Shown: positions 30,361 through 39,267 of the stretch, in pieces
Layout: the number at the start of each line of letters is the position of its first letter
Position numbering within the stretch: position 1 is the stretch's first letter
Origin: an uncultured Solirubrobacterales bacterium
GTDB taxonomy: Bacteria; Actinomycetota; Thermoleophilia; Solirubrobacterales; 70-9
DNA length: 64,000 nucleotides
Assembly: GCA_963843495.1 (NCBI GenBank)
Contig: CAWJJX010000003.1
Coordinates: 430,665-494,664, forward strand
Direction: 5' to 3'
The notes under the pieces: model-generated
Databases searched by the model: none
What the model saw: the letters and a program-made list of their open reading frames with translations, nothing else
Told to the model about the DNA's origin: nothing
Position numbers and translations under genes: made by a program

Positions 30361-31973
30361 TCAAGCCAAATTCGACTTGCGCGGGTAGACGACCTCCGGG
30401 TCGGTGAGGACGTTGACGAGCGTCGGCTTGCCGGACTCAAAGGCCCGCTCGAGCGCCGGCCGCAGTTCCTCCGGCTCGCGCACGAGGACGCCCTCGCAGC
30501 CCAGCGCTTCGACCATCTCCTCATAGCGCGTCTCCGGCCGCAGCTCCGCCGCGACCGAGTAGCCGTAGAGGAACTTCATCGGGTGGTGCTCAAGCGCCCA
30601 GATGCCGTTGTTGCCCACAACCCCCACCACGCCTAGACCGTGACGCGCCATTGTGTCGAACTCGATCCCCGCGAAGCCAAAAGCGCCGTCACCGAGCAGC
30701 AGGCACACCTGCCGGTTGGGATGGGCGAGCTTCGCCGCGATCGCCTGACCCGGACCGGCACCGAGGCAGCCGAAGGGACCGGGGTCCATCCAGCAACCGG
30801 GCTGGTAGGTGTCGATGAAGCGGCCCGCGTAGGAGACGAAGTCGCCGCCGTCGCCGACGACGACTGCGTCGCGCTCGAGCACCTCTCCCAGCTCCTTGTA
30901 CACACGCACCGGGTGCAGCGGAGAGCGCGAGTCGTTCAGCTCCGCCTCCTCCCCGCGACGCTTCTCCGCCTCGACCTCGCGCAGGTGGTCGAGCCAGGCA
31001 TCCGTGCGACGGTCGACCGCACCGACCGCCTCGCGGATCGCAGCGAGGCTGGCGGCGACGTCGCCGACCAGGTCGACCTCGGGCACCCGGTTGGCGCTGA
31101 GCTCGTTCGGCGCGGCATCAAGCCGGATCAGCTTCGCGTCTTCGGCAATGCTGGCGCCGAAGCCGAGGCGGAAGTCGAGCGGCACGCCGATCACCAGTGC
31201 CACGTCGGCGCCACCGAGGCCCACGCCGCGCGCCCGGCTGAATGCCAGCTCGTGATCCGCCGGCAGGCAGCCGCGGCCGAGGCCGTTGAGGAAGACCGGG
31301 ATCCCCAGAGCCTCCGCCAGCTCCCGTAGCTCGTCCTCTCCCCTCCCCCAGTACAGCCCTGTCCCGGCCATGATCGCCGGGCGCTCGGCGGCGGCGAGCA
31401 GCGCCGCCGCCTCCTCGACCCCCGCCGCCGGCTCAGCTCCCCCGCTGCCCGGCACCGCCGGAATCTCCGGCTCCACCTCGGTGAAGACCACGTCGAGCGG
31501 GTAGTCGACGAAGGTCGGCCCATTGGGAGCCGCCATCGCCAGGTCGAGCGCCGCCGCCGTTCTCGCCGCGATCTCCCCCGGCGCCTTCACCGTCTCCGCC
31601 GACTTGACCAGGGGCGAGACGAACGGCAGATGGTCGATCTCCTGCAGGGAGCCGGATCCCCAGCGCAGCTCCGGCGCTCGCCCCCGAGCACGCAGACCGG
31701 CGAGCAGTTCGCCTGCGCCCCCGCGATCGCGCTCATCCCATTCGTGACCCCGGGGCCCGCCGTCAGCGCCGCGACCCCAACCCCTCGCGTCGCCTTCGCA
31801 AACCCTTCCGCCGCAAAAGCCGCCGTCTGCTCGTGCCGCACGTCAACGATCTCGATCCCCTCCGCAACGCACCCGTCGTATATGGAGAACAGGTGTCCCC
31901 CAGACAACGTGAAGAGATGCGTCACCCCCCGGGACCTCAGAACTTTCGCGACTATCCGCCCCCCATGATCCAC
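30361..31973 (-). pseudogene. thiamine-pyrophosphate-dependent enzyme (acetolactate synthase large-subunit-like), 1-nt frameshift near 31675-31686
   Basis: The N-terminal part (31973->) runs ..[24 protein letters not shown], then goes out of frame. The correct continuation [36 protein letters not shown] joins ORF 30361-31590, which carries the TPP-binding LLGDGAFGF. The break is at a C5 run. Confidence 0.8.
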
Positions 31974-32011
31974 AGAAGCTGGAGCCTAAGGGACGCTGCT
32001 CGCGCCAACAA

Positions 32012-32098
32012 TGCCCGGGGCGGGACTCGAACCCGCAAGCCCCCCAGTGGGGCAACGCCTTTTAAGGGCGCCGCTTTTGCCAATTTCGCCACCCGGGC
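32012..32098 (-). tRNA. tRNA-Leu (anticodon TAA), type II with long variable arm
   Basis: Reverse complement GCCCGGGTGGCGAAATTGGC..GCGCC-CTTAAAA-GGCGT..TTGCGGGTTCGAGTCCCGCCCCGGGCA. The cloverleaf has a 7-bp acceptor stem and a TTCGAGT T-loop. Confidence 0.85.
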
Positions 32099-32329
32099 AG
32101 GGCGATGGTAGCCGGGACTACCGGGTTCCTAAAGCCGCACTAAAAACTGCTGAGGTACCGCAACTACCTCGCTGCTACGGTGTCTTTGAGCTAGAAGACA
32201 AACGCCTTCCCTGGCTTCTTTGGAGGAACCGCTTGGAGGCATCAGCTCTTACCCACGCCAGTCGCCGCGGACTGCTCGGCCCGGCGTTCGCCCCTGCTCA
32301 AGCTGCAGGGCGACGAGCGTCTCATCGCG

Positions 32330-33762
32330 ATGGCCCGCGCCGGCAACCCCGGCGCCTTCGAGGCCATCGTCGACCGTTACCAGGGCCGGCTGCTCGGCTT
32401 CTGTCGCCAGATGCTCGGCTCCACCGAGGACGCCGAGGACGTGCTGCAGGAGGTCTTCGTCAACGCCTACCGGGCGATGCTCGCCGACGAGCGCGAGATC
32501 AACCTGCGCCCCTGGCTCTACCGCATCGCGCGCAACCGCTGCCTCAACCACCTGCGCAAGCCGACCGCCGACGCACAGGAATCGATGGACATGGTGCCGA
32601 CGGTCGAGGCGGCCTCGACGGCGGAGAAGGTCCACAACCGCGAGGAGTTCCGCCAGCTCCTCGCCGACGTCAGCAAGCTTCCCGAGACTCAGCGCTCCGC
32701 CCTGCTGCTGCGCGAGATGGACGCGATGTCCTACGAGGAGATCGCCCAGGCGATGGAGACCAGCGTCCCCTCGGTCAAGTCGCTGCTGGTGCGGGCGCGG
32801 ATCTCGCTCGCCGAGGCCAGCCAGGCGCGCCAGCTGACCTGCGGCGAGGTGCGGCTCGAGCTCGCCGAGGCCGCCGAGGGGCTGCGCAAGCTATCCGGCC
32901 CGGTGCGGCGCCACGTGCGCGACTGCGAGGAATGCGCCGACTTCCGCTCGCAGCTCCGCTCCAACGACAAGGTGCTGGCGGCGCTGGTCCCGGTGGGCCC
33001 GCTGGTGGCGCTGAAGGGCTTCATCGCCTCCAAGCTTGGCTTGGGAGGGGCGGGTACCGGTGGCGCCGCGACCGCGACCGCAACGGCGCGGGCGCCACCG
33101 GAGCCGGCGCCGGCGCCGTCGGCAGTGTCGGCGCCGCCCTCAGCTCGGGTGGCGCCGCCGGAGGAATCGGCGCGGTCGGCGGGGCGATCGGCTCCAAGGC
33201 GGTCGCCGGCGTCGTCACCGCCGCCGTGATCACCGCCGGCGCAGTCGAGGTCAAGCGTGAGAGCGAAGCGACCCCGGTAAAGGCGCCGGCGATCTCGCGC
33301 ACCCACACGACCCCGGCCACGGCCCTCGCGCCCGCCCACGACACCGCGGCGCCGGTCCACGAGCAGGCTTCCACGCCGCCGATCGAATCGCCGCCCGCAG
33401 AAGAACCGGCGCCGGTCACGGAGGTCAAGCCCCCGACCACTGAAGCCCTCCCCGGCGAAGCGGCTGACCATTCGAGCAGCGGCAGCAGCGAAGGCATCGA
33501 AGCCAGCGAGCCCTCAGCCGGCATAGAGGGTGCGACGCCGCCGGCGGCAGGCGCCCCGGCCGGAGGCGGCACCGTCGTCGTCACCGTGGGTGGCACGACC
33601 ACCGAAGCGCCGCCCGCCCCAGCCCCCGAAAGCGCGCCTCCTCCACCGCCGCCCGCACCGGTGGAAAGCACTCCACCGCCGACGTCTGAAGCACCGCCTT
33701 CCCCGCCGCCAAGCTCCGAAGGCACGTCCAGCGGCGAAAGCGAATCTGCCGCCGGCCCCTAG
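32330..33762 (+). pseudogene. ECF sigma factor fused to a zf-HC2 anti-sigma-like segment, TM helix and Pro/Ala/Ser-rich tail; probable frameshift near 33080-33095
   Basis: Sigma region 2 (DAEDVLQEVFVNAYR, RPWLYRIARNRCLNHLR), region 4 (MSYEEIAQAMETSVPSVKSLLVRAR), then HVRDCEECADF. After ..KLGLGGAG the sensible continuation (..GAIGSKAVAGVVTAAVITAGAVEV.. then a P-rich tail to 33762) lies in the frame of ORF 32011-33762. The 5' end is uncertain: there is no start codon upstream of ATG 32330, although LQGDERLIA precedes it in frame. Confidence 0.6.
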
Positions 33763-34726
33763 CTGACCCGGCTGGCCGGCGACCCCCGAGTCGCCAGCCC
33801 GACTGCAGGCCGATCACTTTGAGCCGCCGCATCAGGCAGGTGCCGGCGAACTCGCGCGTGTCAGCCAGCGAGTAGCCGAACAGCTCGTAGTCCTCGTCCT
33901 CCGGTGCCCACGGCGGCGAGAGCACGCCGTCGGCGACCGGCAGGGATTCCTCCAACGTGCGCTGGATCGCGGCCTTGTAGCGCTCGTCCTCCCGCGCCTT
34001 CTCGCGCAGGAAGACCGAGCCGAAGGCGACGTGGCGATGCTCGTCGCGGGCGACGTTCTGGAAGCCCTCGACGAAGGCCGGCAGGGTGCCCTGCCGTTCG
34101 TTGTAGTCCATGATGAAGTGCTGCCCCGTGAGGGCCAGCATCCCCTCGATCACCATGTGGTAGAGCGTTACCGCCTCGACCAGGGCCTCGGTGTCCTCCG
34201 GCTCGGCCGAGAGGCGGTCGGTCCGCTGCTTCAGCATCTCGTCGAAGAGCCGGCCGAAATTCTCGTTGAGGTGCGCGGAGGTCTCCTCCAGCATCGCGCT
34301 GAGACCGTCGCACTCGAGCACGCCGACCTCGCGGTAGAAGCGCTCGAAGAAGCGCACGTGGCGGGCCTCGTCGGCGATCTGCGTGCAGAGGAAGATCCGC
34401 TGGTCCTCGGTCGGCGCCGCCCGCATGATCGGGCCCAGCTCCTCGGCCACCTTCTGCTCGCCGATGAAGAAGGAGGACAGTCCGTACATCCGCTGGAAGC
34501 GCTCCTCGTCGTCGAAGCGCTCGTTCCAATCTTCACGGTCGCGGCTGAAGTCGAGCTCCTGCGTCTGCCACTGCTGGCGCTCCCAGAGCAGGTAGAGCTC
34601 CTCGTAGGTGAGCAGCTTGACCTCGCCGGTGCGGTCGGCGGCCTCCATCAGCGCCGGGTCGGCGGTCGCCTGGAAGTCCTCCCGCCCCGTCCTCAGCTCG
34701 GTTCCGGACGCCTCGGTCGTACCCAT
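33581..34726 (-). CDS. ferritin-like di-metal-carboxylate protein (R2-like ligand-binding oxidase / RNR beta-like)
   Basis: ATG 34726 with an AGGAGA RBS. ExxH motifs QIADEARHVRFF and VARDEHRHVAFG. The 3' end is uncertain: the last about 75 codons are Arg-rich and overlap the convergent gene, so the true stop is probably nearer 33800. Confidence 0.7.
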   Translation of the reverse strand: MGTTEASGTELRTGREDFQATADPALMEAADRTGEVKLLTYEELYLLWERQQWQTQELDFSRDREDWNERFDDEERFQRMYGLSSFFIGEQKVAEELGPIMRAAPTEDQRIFLCTQIADEARHVRFFERFYREVGVLECDGLSAMLEETSAHLNENFGRLFDEMLKQRTDRLSAEPEDTEALVEAVTLYHMVIEGMLALTGQHFIMDYNERQGTLPAFVEGFQNVARDEHRHVAFGSVFLREKAREDERYKAAIQRTLEESLPVADGVLSPPWAPEDEDYELFGYSLADTREFAGTCLMRRLKVIGLQSGWRLGGRRPAGSARGRRQIRFRRWTCLRSLAAGKAVLQTSAVECFPPVRAAVEEARFRGLGRAALRWSCHPR

Positions 34727-34785
34727 TTGTCGCTCTCCTCGTCTCGGCTGCGCGGGTCGGCCGAGACTAGCACCGGGCTGGCTGG

Positions 34786-35502
34786 TCAGCCAGTCGAGTG
34801 CGACTCGCCCGGGGCGAGGATCACCACCCGCGAGGAAGTCTTCTCCTCGACCTCCGACTTGAAGGCCTCGGCGTCGGCCTCGATCAGCGGCAAGGTGTCG
34901 TAGTGCATGGGGATCACCGTGCCGGCGCCGACGAACTCGGCGGCGACGGCGGCGTCGCGACGATCCATCGTGTAGTGGCCGCCGATCGGCAGCAGGGCGA
35001 CGTCGATCGGGCTGCGCTGGGCGATCAGCTTCATGTCGCTGAAGAGGCAGGTGTCGCCGGCGTGGTAGACGGTGGTGCCGCCGAGCTTGATCACGAGGCC
35101 GGCGCCGGGGCCGATCGGGACGCCGTGCTCGGCGCTGAACGGATCCTCCGCGGAGCCCGGCAGCGTGTTGGTGTGCCAGGCGGGCACGAGCGAGATGTAG
35201 CCCCACTCGAACTCGACCGTGCCGCCGAAGTTGGGATCGCTGACGTTCTCGACGCCCCGGCCTTCGAGCCACTTGGCCAGCTCGACGATCGCCACGCAGT
35301 GGGCGCCGGTGCGCTTCGCCACGGGGACGGCGTCGGCGATGTGGTCGGCGTGCCCATGGGTGATCGCGATGTGGGTCGGCTCGACCTCCTCGGCGGTGGC
35401 GACAGCGATCGGGTTGTTCGGCTTCAGGAACGGGTCGACGAGGACCGTGGTCCCCCCGTCGCTCAGCTCGAAGCACGACTGGCCGTGGAACTTGATCTCC
35501 AT
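34786..35502 (-). CDS. metal-dependent hydrolase, beta-lactamase fold (UPF0173 family)
   Basis: MEIKFHGQSCFEL.., the motif THGHADH, and ..VYHAGDT. Confidence 0.85.
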   Translation of the reverse strand: MEIKFHGQSCFELSDGGTTVLVDPFLKPNNPIAVATAEEVEPTHIAITHGHADHIADAVPVAKRTGAHCVAIVELAKWLEGRGVENVSDPNFGGTVEFEWGYISLVPAWHTNTLPGSAEDPFSAEHGVPIGPGAGLVIKLGGTTVYHAGDTCLFSDMKLIAQRSPIDVALLPIGGHYTMDRRDAAVAAEFVGAGTVIPMHYDTLPLIEADAEAFKSEVEEKTSSRVVILAPGESHSTG

Positions 35503-35504
35503 CT

Positions 35505-35831
35505 TCAGCTCTCTCCTTCTCGGTTACCGGGGTTCGTCATCTCCTCGTGGAGTGCCCAGCCGACGGCGACTCCAACCATCATTCCCATCCTCGCCTCCTC
35601 GGCGAGCAGCGAGCGCACCGCCGCGACCCGCTCGTCGGGGTCCGGCACGGTGGCGGCGCGCAGCGTCTCAGCCTCGTGCGACTCGCCGAACCAGCCGCCC
35701 TCCGCGAGCGCGGCTGCCAGCACCTTCTGCAGCTGCGGCGCCGCTCGGGCCACGATCCGCTCCGCCTCGGCGAAGCGCTCGGCGTCGGCGAGGCGCTCGA
35801 TGGCGGCATCCAGTTCCTCGTCCGAAGGCAC
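35505..35831 (-). CDS. conserved hypothetical protein
   Basis: Coding-looking C-terminal part of ORF 35505-36092. Start set at GTG 35831 (VPSDEELDAAIERLAD..), just downstream of the rhomboid-like stop. Confidence 0.45.
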   Translation of the reverse strand: MPSDEELDAAIERLADAERFAEAERIVARAAPQLQKVLAAALAEGGWFGESHEAETLRAATVPDPDERVAAVRSLLAEEARMGMMVGVAVGWALHEEMTNPGNREGES

Positions 35832-35865
35832 GGCTGGGGAGCCTAGCGACGCCTCGATCCGCGGG

Positions 35866-36636
35866 TCAGTGGGATTGGTTGAGCGCCGAGGCCGCGAGGC
35901 CGGCGAGTGCGCCGACGGCGCCGCCGACCAGCCCGGCGAAGACGTCGGCGCTGGACTCGAAGATCGGCAGGGCGAGCAGGACCGCCGCCGCAACGGCAAC
36001 CCCGATCGCGTCGAAATCGTCGTCGATCGCCCGGTGGGCCTCGGTGCGGCGAATCGCGAACCAGGCCGCGAGGGCACCCAGCGCCATCCCATTGCCGCCG
36101 GCGATTACATCGATGTCGCCCTGGGCATTGGCGATGCCAGTGGCGACGAGCATTCCCAGCGCCGCGCAGGCGAGGAGCAGGACAGCCGTCGCCGGGGTTC
36201 CCAGGCGTCGCTCGAGACCGCCGGCAAAGATCGCCAGGGCGACCGCGACGACGAAGAGGTAGCCGACGTCGGTGTAGGCGAAGGGAGCGGTGAGGTAGCG
36301 CCACCACTGGTCGTAGAGCGGCACGACGATGCCGCCGTAGGTACTGAGCGAGTTTCCGCTCGCCTTCTGCACGAGGAGCAGGGCGGCGGGGCCGAGGATC
36401 GCGGCCGCCGTGGCGTAGAGACGGAAGGCGGGCGCCGACTCGCGGCGGCGGCGGCGCAGAATCCGCGGCCGAGTGCGACGTGGCGGCTTGGGCTCCAGGC
36501 CGTCGCCGCGCCTTTCGAGCTTGGGAGCCCGCTTGCGCAGCCGCGCCCCGCAGTAGGGGCACTCGGTCACGTACGGACTGACCTCCGAGCCGCAGTTCTT
36601 GCAGATGACGCTGAGCTCAGTCTCGCTCATGGTCAT
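35866..36636 (-). CDS. rhomboid-family membrane protein homologue with N-terminal zinc-ribbon; catalytic Ser/His apparently absent
   Basis: CKNCGSEVSPYVTECPYCG zinc ribbon, 6 TM helices and a WWRYLTAPFAY (WR motif) region. GGNG stands in place of GxSG, and FAGLVGG in place of the AHxxG helix. Confidence 0.7.
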   Translation of the reverse strand: MTMSETELSVICKNCGSEVSPYVTECPYCGARLRKRAPKLERRGDGLEPKPPRRTRPRILRRRRRESAPAFRLYATAAAILGPAALLLVQKASGNSLSTYGGIVVPLYDQWWRYLTAPFAYTDVGYLFVVAVALAIFAGGLERRLGTPATAVLLLACAALGMLVATGIANAQGDIDVIAGGNGMALGALAAWFAIRRTEAHRAIDDDFDAIGVAVAAAVLLALPIFESSADVFAGLVGGAVGALAGLAASALNQSH

Positions 36637-36732
36637 CCGAGGATAACCGCCCTGTGGCAGGCGCTAGAAGGGCAGCGGCGATGACATACTGAGGTCTTAC
36701 CCATCTTCCGTGTACCCCTAGGAGGAAACAGC

Positions 36733-37653
36733 GTGGAGTTGAAGAGCCTGACCGAGCAGAAATCGCTGCTGGCCACCCTTGCCCCCGGCAAACGAGCGCG
36801 CCTGCGCCGCCTGCTCTTCGAGTTCGGCCCCGGCAACGGCACCCTGATGCTGCTGCCGATCGACCAGGGAATCGAGCACGGCCCGCGGGACTTCTTCCCC
36901 AACCCCGCCTCCAAGGACCCCGACTACCAGTTCCGCCTCGCCGCCGAGGCGGGCTACTCGGCGCTCGCCTGCCAGATCGGCATGGCGAGCAAGTACTACC
37001 CCGACTATGCGGGCCAGGTGCCGCTGATCCTCAAGGTCAACGGCAAGACCGACGTCCCCTCCTCCGCCAAGGCGTTCTCGAGCTGCAACGCCAGCGTTGA
37101 GGACGGCGTGCGGCTCGGCGCCGACGCGATCGGCTACACGCTCTACGTCGGCTCGCCGCGCCAGGACGAGGACCTCGCCCAGCTGCGCGCGGTGCGCGAA
37201 GACTGCGACCGCTTCGGCATGCCCCTGATCGTCTGGTCCTACCCGCGCGGCGAAGCGATCGGGGCCAAGGGCGGCCAGAACTCCTTCTACGCGATCGACT
37301 ACGCGGCGCGGATGGCGATGGAGATGGGCGCCGACGTGGTCAAGCTCAACATGCCGAAGATCGACCCGGAGAAGGACAAGGACGCCCAGGCGCCCTACAA
37401 CAAGATGCAGGTGGACCAGGCCGAGGCGATCCGCCAGTGCGTCGAGTCGGCCGGCCGCGCGCTCGTCGTCCTCTCCGGCGGCTCCAAGGTCGACGACGAG
37501 ACCGTGCTCGGCCACACCCGGGAGATCATGCAGGCCGGCGGCTCGGGCGTGATCTTCGGCCGCAACGTCTGGCAGCGCGAGTGGAACGACGCGCTGGGGA
37601 TCATCGGCCAGATCAAGGAGACGCTGCTCGGCAACGTGCGGCGGATTCCCTAG
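36733..37653 (+). CDS. class I fructose-bisphosphate aldolase family protein (DhnA/DeoC-LacD type)
   Basis: AGGAGG RBS followed by GTG 36733. Motifs LPIDQGIEHGP, ILKVNGKT, GADVVKLNMPK and VVLSGGSK. Confidence 0.8.
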   Translation: MELKSLTEQKSLLATLAPGKRARLRRLLFEFGPGNGTLMLLPIDQGIEHGPRDFFPNPASKDPDYQFRLAAEAGYSALACQIGMASKYYPDYAGQVPLILKVNGKTDVPSSAKAFSSCNASVEDGVRLGADAIGYTLYVGSPRQDEDLAQLRAVREDCDRFGMPLIVWSYPRGEAIGAKGGQNSFYAIDYAARMAMEMGADVVKLNMPKIDPEKDKDAQAPYNKMQVDQAEAIRQCVESAGRALVVLSGGSKVDDETVLGHTREIMQAGGSGVIFGRNVWQREWNDALGIIGQIKETLLGNVRRIP

Positions 37654-37694
37654 CCCAAGGGGATGAGATCGCCCCTCCCCGGGCTTGAGCAGGG

Positions 37695-38216
37695 ATGGGG
37701 CGGAGCGCTTGGAGACGCGGTCAGCTCGGCAGCCTGGCGCTGCTGCTGATCGCGACGACGCTGATCCTGCGGCCATGGGAGGGCGATGAGGCTGACCAGG
37801 GAGGGCCCGGCGCCGCCAGGGCGCTCGTCGTCCGCGTGATCGACGGCGACACGATCGCCGCGAGGATCGACGGCAGTGTTGAGGACGTTCGCTACATCGG
37901 CGTCGACACGCCAGAGACGGTCAAGCCCGGCGCGCCGGTGCAGTGCTTCGGCCCGCAGGCCTCGGCCTTCAACCACCGCCTGGTCGAGGGGAGGCGGCTG
38001 CGCCTCGTCTTCGGGATTGAGCGGCGCGACACCTACGGCCGCCTGCTCGCCTACGCCTTTCTCGGCCGCCGCTTCGTCAACGCGATGCTCGTCCGGCGCG
38101 GCCTCGCGCGCTCGCTGAAGATCCCGCCCAATGACCGCTTCGCGCCGCTCTTTCGGCGGCTGGAGCTGGGCGCGGCGCGCGCCGGGCGCGGGCTCTGGGG
38201 CGCCTGTGCGCCGTGA
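37695..38216 (+). CDS. thermonuclease (staphylococcal nuclease, SNase) family protein
   Basis: TM/signal anchor followed by VIDGDTI..VRYIGVDTPE..YGRLLAYAF.. Confidence 0.8.
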   Translation: MGRSAWRRGQLGSLALLLIATTLILRPWEGDEADQGGPGAARALVVRVIDGDTIAARIDGSVEDVRYIGVDTPETVKPGAPVQCFGPQASAFNHRLVEGRRLRLVFGIERRDTYGRLLAYAFLGRRFVNAMLVRRGLARSLKIPPNDRFAPLFRRLELGAARAGRGLWGACAP

Positions 38217-38304
38217 GCTATTCGTGACGAATCCCACATGCTTCGCCTGCAACGTCTCGTGCGCCTTTGCTACGGTCCCCCGCGGCCCACTGGGCCATCG
38301 ATCT

Positions 38305-38544
38305 ATGCGAATGCGACAGAGCATCTCCCAGTTCGAGGTGGCGTTCGAGCAGGAGACCACCTTGGAGCGCCGCCGTCGCGAGCAGCTGCGCCGCCGCGCC
38401 GCGAACCGCTCCCGCGCACGTCGGATCACCCGCAGCGAGCAGGAGAGCAAGGTGCGCTTCAGCGTCCTCGCCGTCTGCCTCACCGTGACCGTCGTCGTGG
38501 TCGTCGTCACGATGTTTGAGGCGCTTGCCTTCGTGATGGCGTAG
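38305..38544 (+). CDS. small tail-anchored membrane protein, hypothetical
   Basis: 79 aa starting MRMRQSISQFE.., with an Arg-rich middle and a C-terminal TM helix FSVLAVCLTVTVVVVVVTMF. Confidence 0.45.
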   Translation: MRMRQSISQFEVAFEQETTLERRRREQLRRRAANRSRARRITRSEQESKVRFSVLAVCLTVTVVVVVVTMFEALAFVMA

Positions 38545-38588
38545 CGGCCGTGCGAACCTCCTGCTCCGTCGAATAGACTCGCGCGCCG

Positions 38589-39146
38589 ATGGCACGACGC
38601 TCACTCAAGCCGCAGCTGAACCAGATCCGCGCCTGGGTGCGCCAGGGGCGGACCGACGCCTGGATCGCCCACCAGCTCGAAGTCAGCACCTCCGAGCTGC
38701 GCGAGTTCCGCAACCAGCACGGCTTCACGCCCGACGAGGAGGATGCCGGGTCGGGCGAGGTCGACCTCCGCGACGAGATCGAGGCCGAGATCGAGGCCGC
38801 GACGGCGGAGGAGGCTGTAGAGGAACCCGATATCGACGACGACGCCGATGACGATGAGGAAGACGGCGAGTCGTCGCGCGAGGCGGCTGGAGATCGGCCG
38901 AAACGGCGGCGGCGGCGTGGTCGTCGCGGCGGCCGGGGCCGACGCAAAGAGCTGGAGGCGAGCTTCGACCACGGGGAGACCGACGGCTACGGCCTCTGGC
39001 TCGATCCGGCGGTCAAGGACAACCCGGTCTATGCCGAGCATTGGGCGGGCAAGCGGGAGGTCACCGTGCGGATCGACGTCGATCAGATCGTGATTCGTCG
39101 CGCCGGGGAGCAAGCTGAGCCCTCTGGCGGCGACGCCGACGAATAG
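38589..39146 (+). CDS. hypothetical protein with HTH-like N-terminus, acidic tract and Arg-rich tract
   Basis: 185-aa ORF. The N-terminus IRAWVRQGRTDAWIAHQLEVSTSELREF resembles a small HTH. A D/E-rich tract is followed by PKRRRRRGRRGGRGRRK. Confidence 0.55.
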   Translation: MARRSLKPQLNQIRAWVRQGRTDAWIAHQLEVSTSELREFRNQHGFTPDEEDAGSGEVDLRDEIEAEIEAATAEEAVEEPDIDDDADDDEEDGESSREAAGDRPKRRRRRGRRGGRGRRKELEASFDHGETDGYGLWLDPAVKDNPVYAEHWAGKREVTVRIDVDQIVIRRAGEQAEPSGGDADE

Positions 39147-39154
39147 GCAAGCTC

Positions 39155-39267
39155 CGGGCCAGTCCCAGCAGGGCTCCGCTTAACTTTTTCGAGGGGCGTG
39201 GGATTGCTGGCGCCCGAGCGTGCGCTCGCGAAAAAGTACAAGACGCTCCGCCCTACTGGGACTGGCC
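39155..39267. repeat. long imperfect palindrome (19-bp arms, 18/19) spanning the intergenic region and the stop of the membrane-protein gene
   Basis: GGGCCAGTCCCAGCAGGGC at 39155-39173 pairs with GCCCTACTGGGACTGGCCC at 39249-39267. There is inner pairing of CTTTTTCG with CGAAAAAG. Confidence 0.6.

Noticed and set aside
33000-33760. Periodic GC-rich repeats (GGC/GCC/CCG runs) considered as a CRISPR-like or tandem-repeat array.
   Set aside because: There are no unit repeats with unique spacers. The periodicity is codon-level low complexity encoding Gly/Ala and Pro/Ala/Ser tracts of the sigma-fusion tail.
38800-38940. GAC/GAG/CGG-rich stretch in ORF 38589-39146 considered as a microsatellite or contingency repeat.
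   Set aside because: The repeats are imperfect and are translated as an acidic tract followed by an Arg-rich tract in a single intact frame. There is no evidence of length-variable slippage from this sequence alone.
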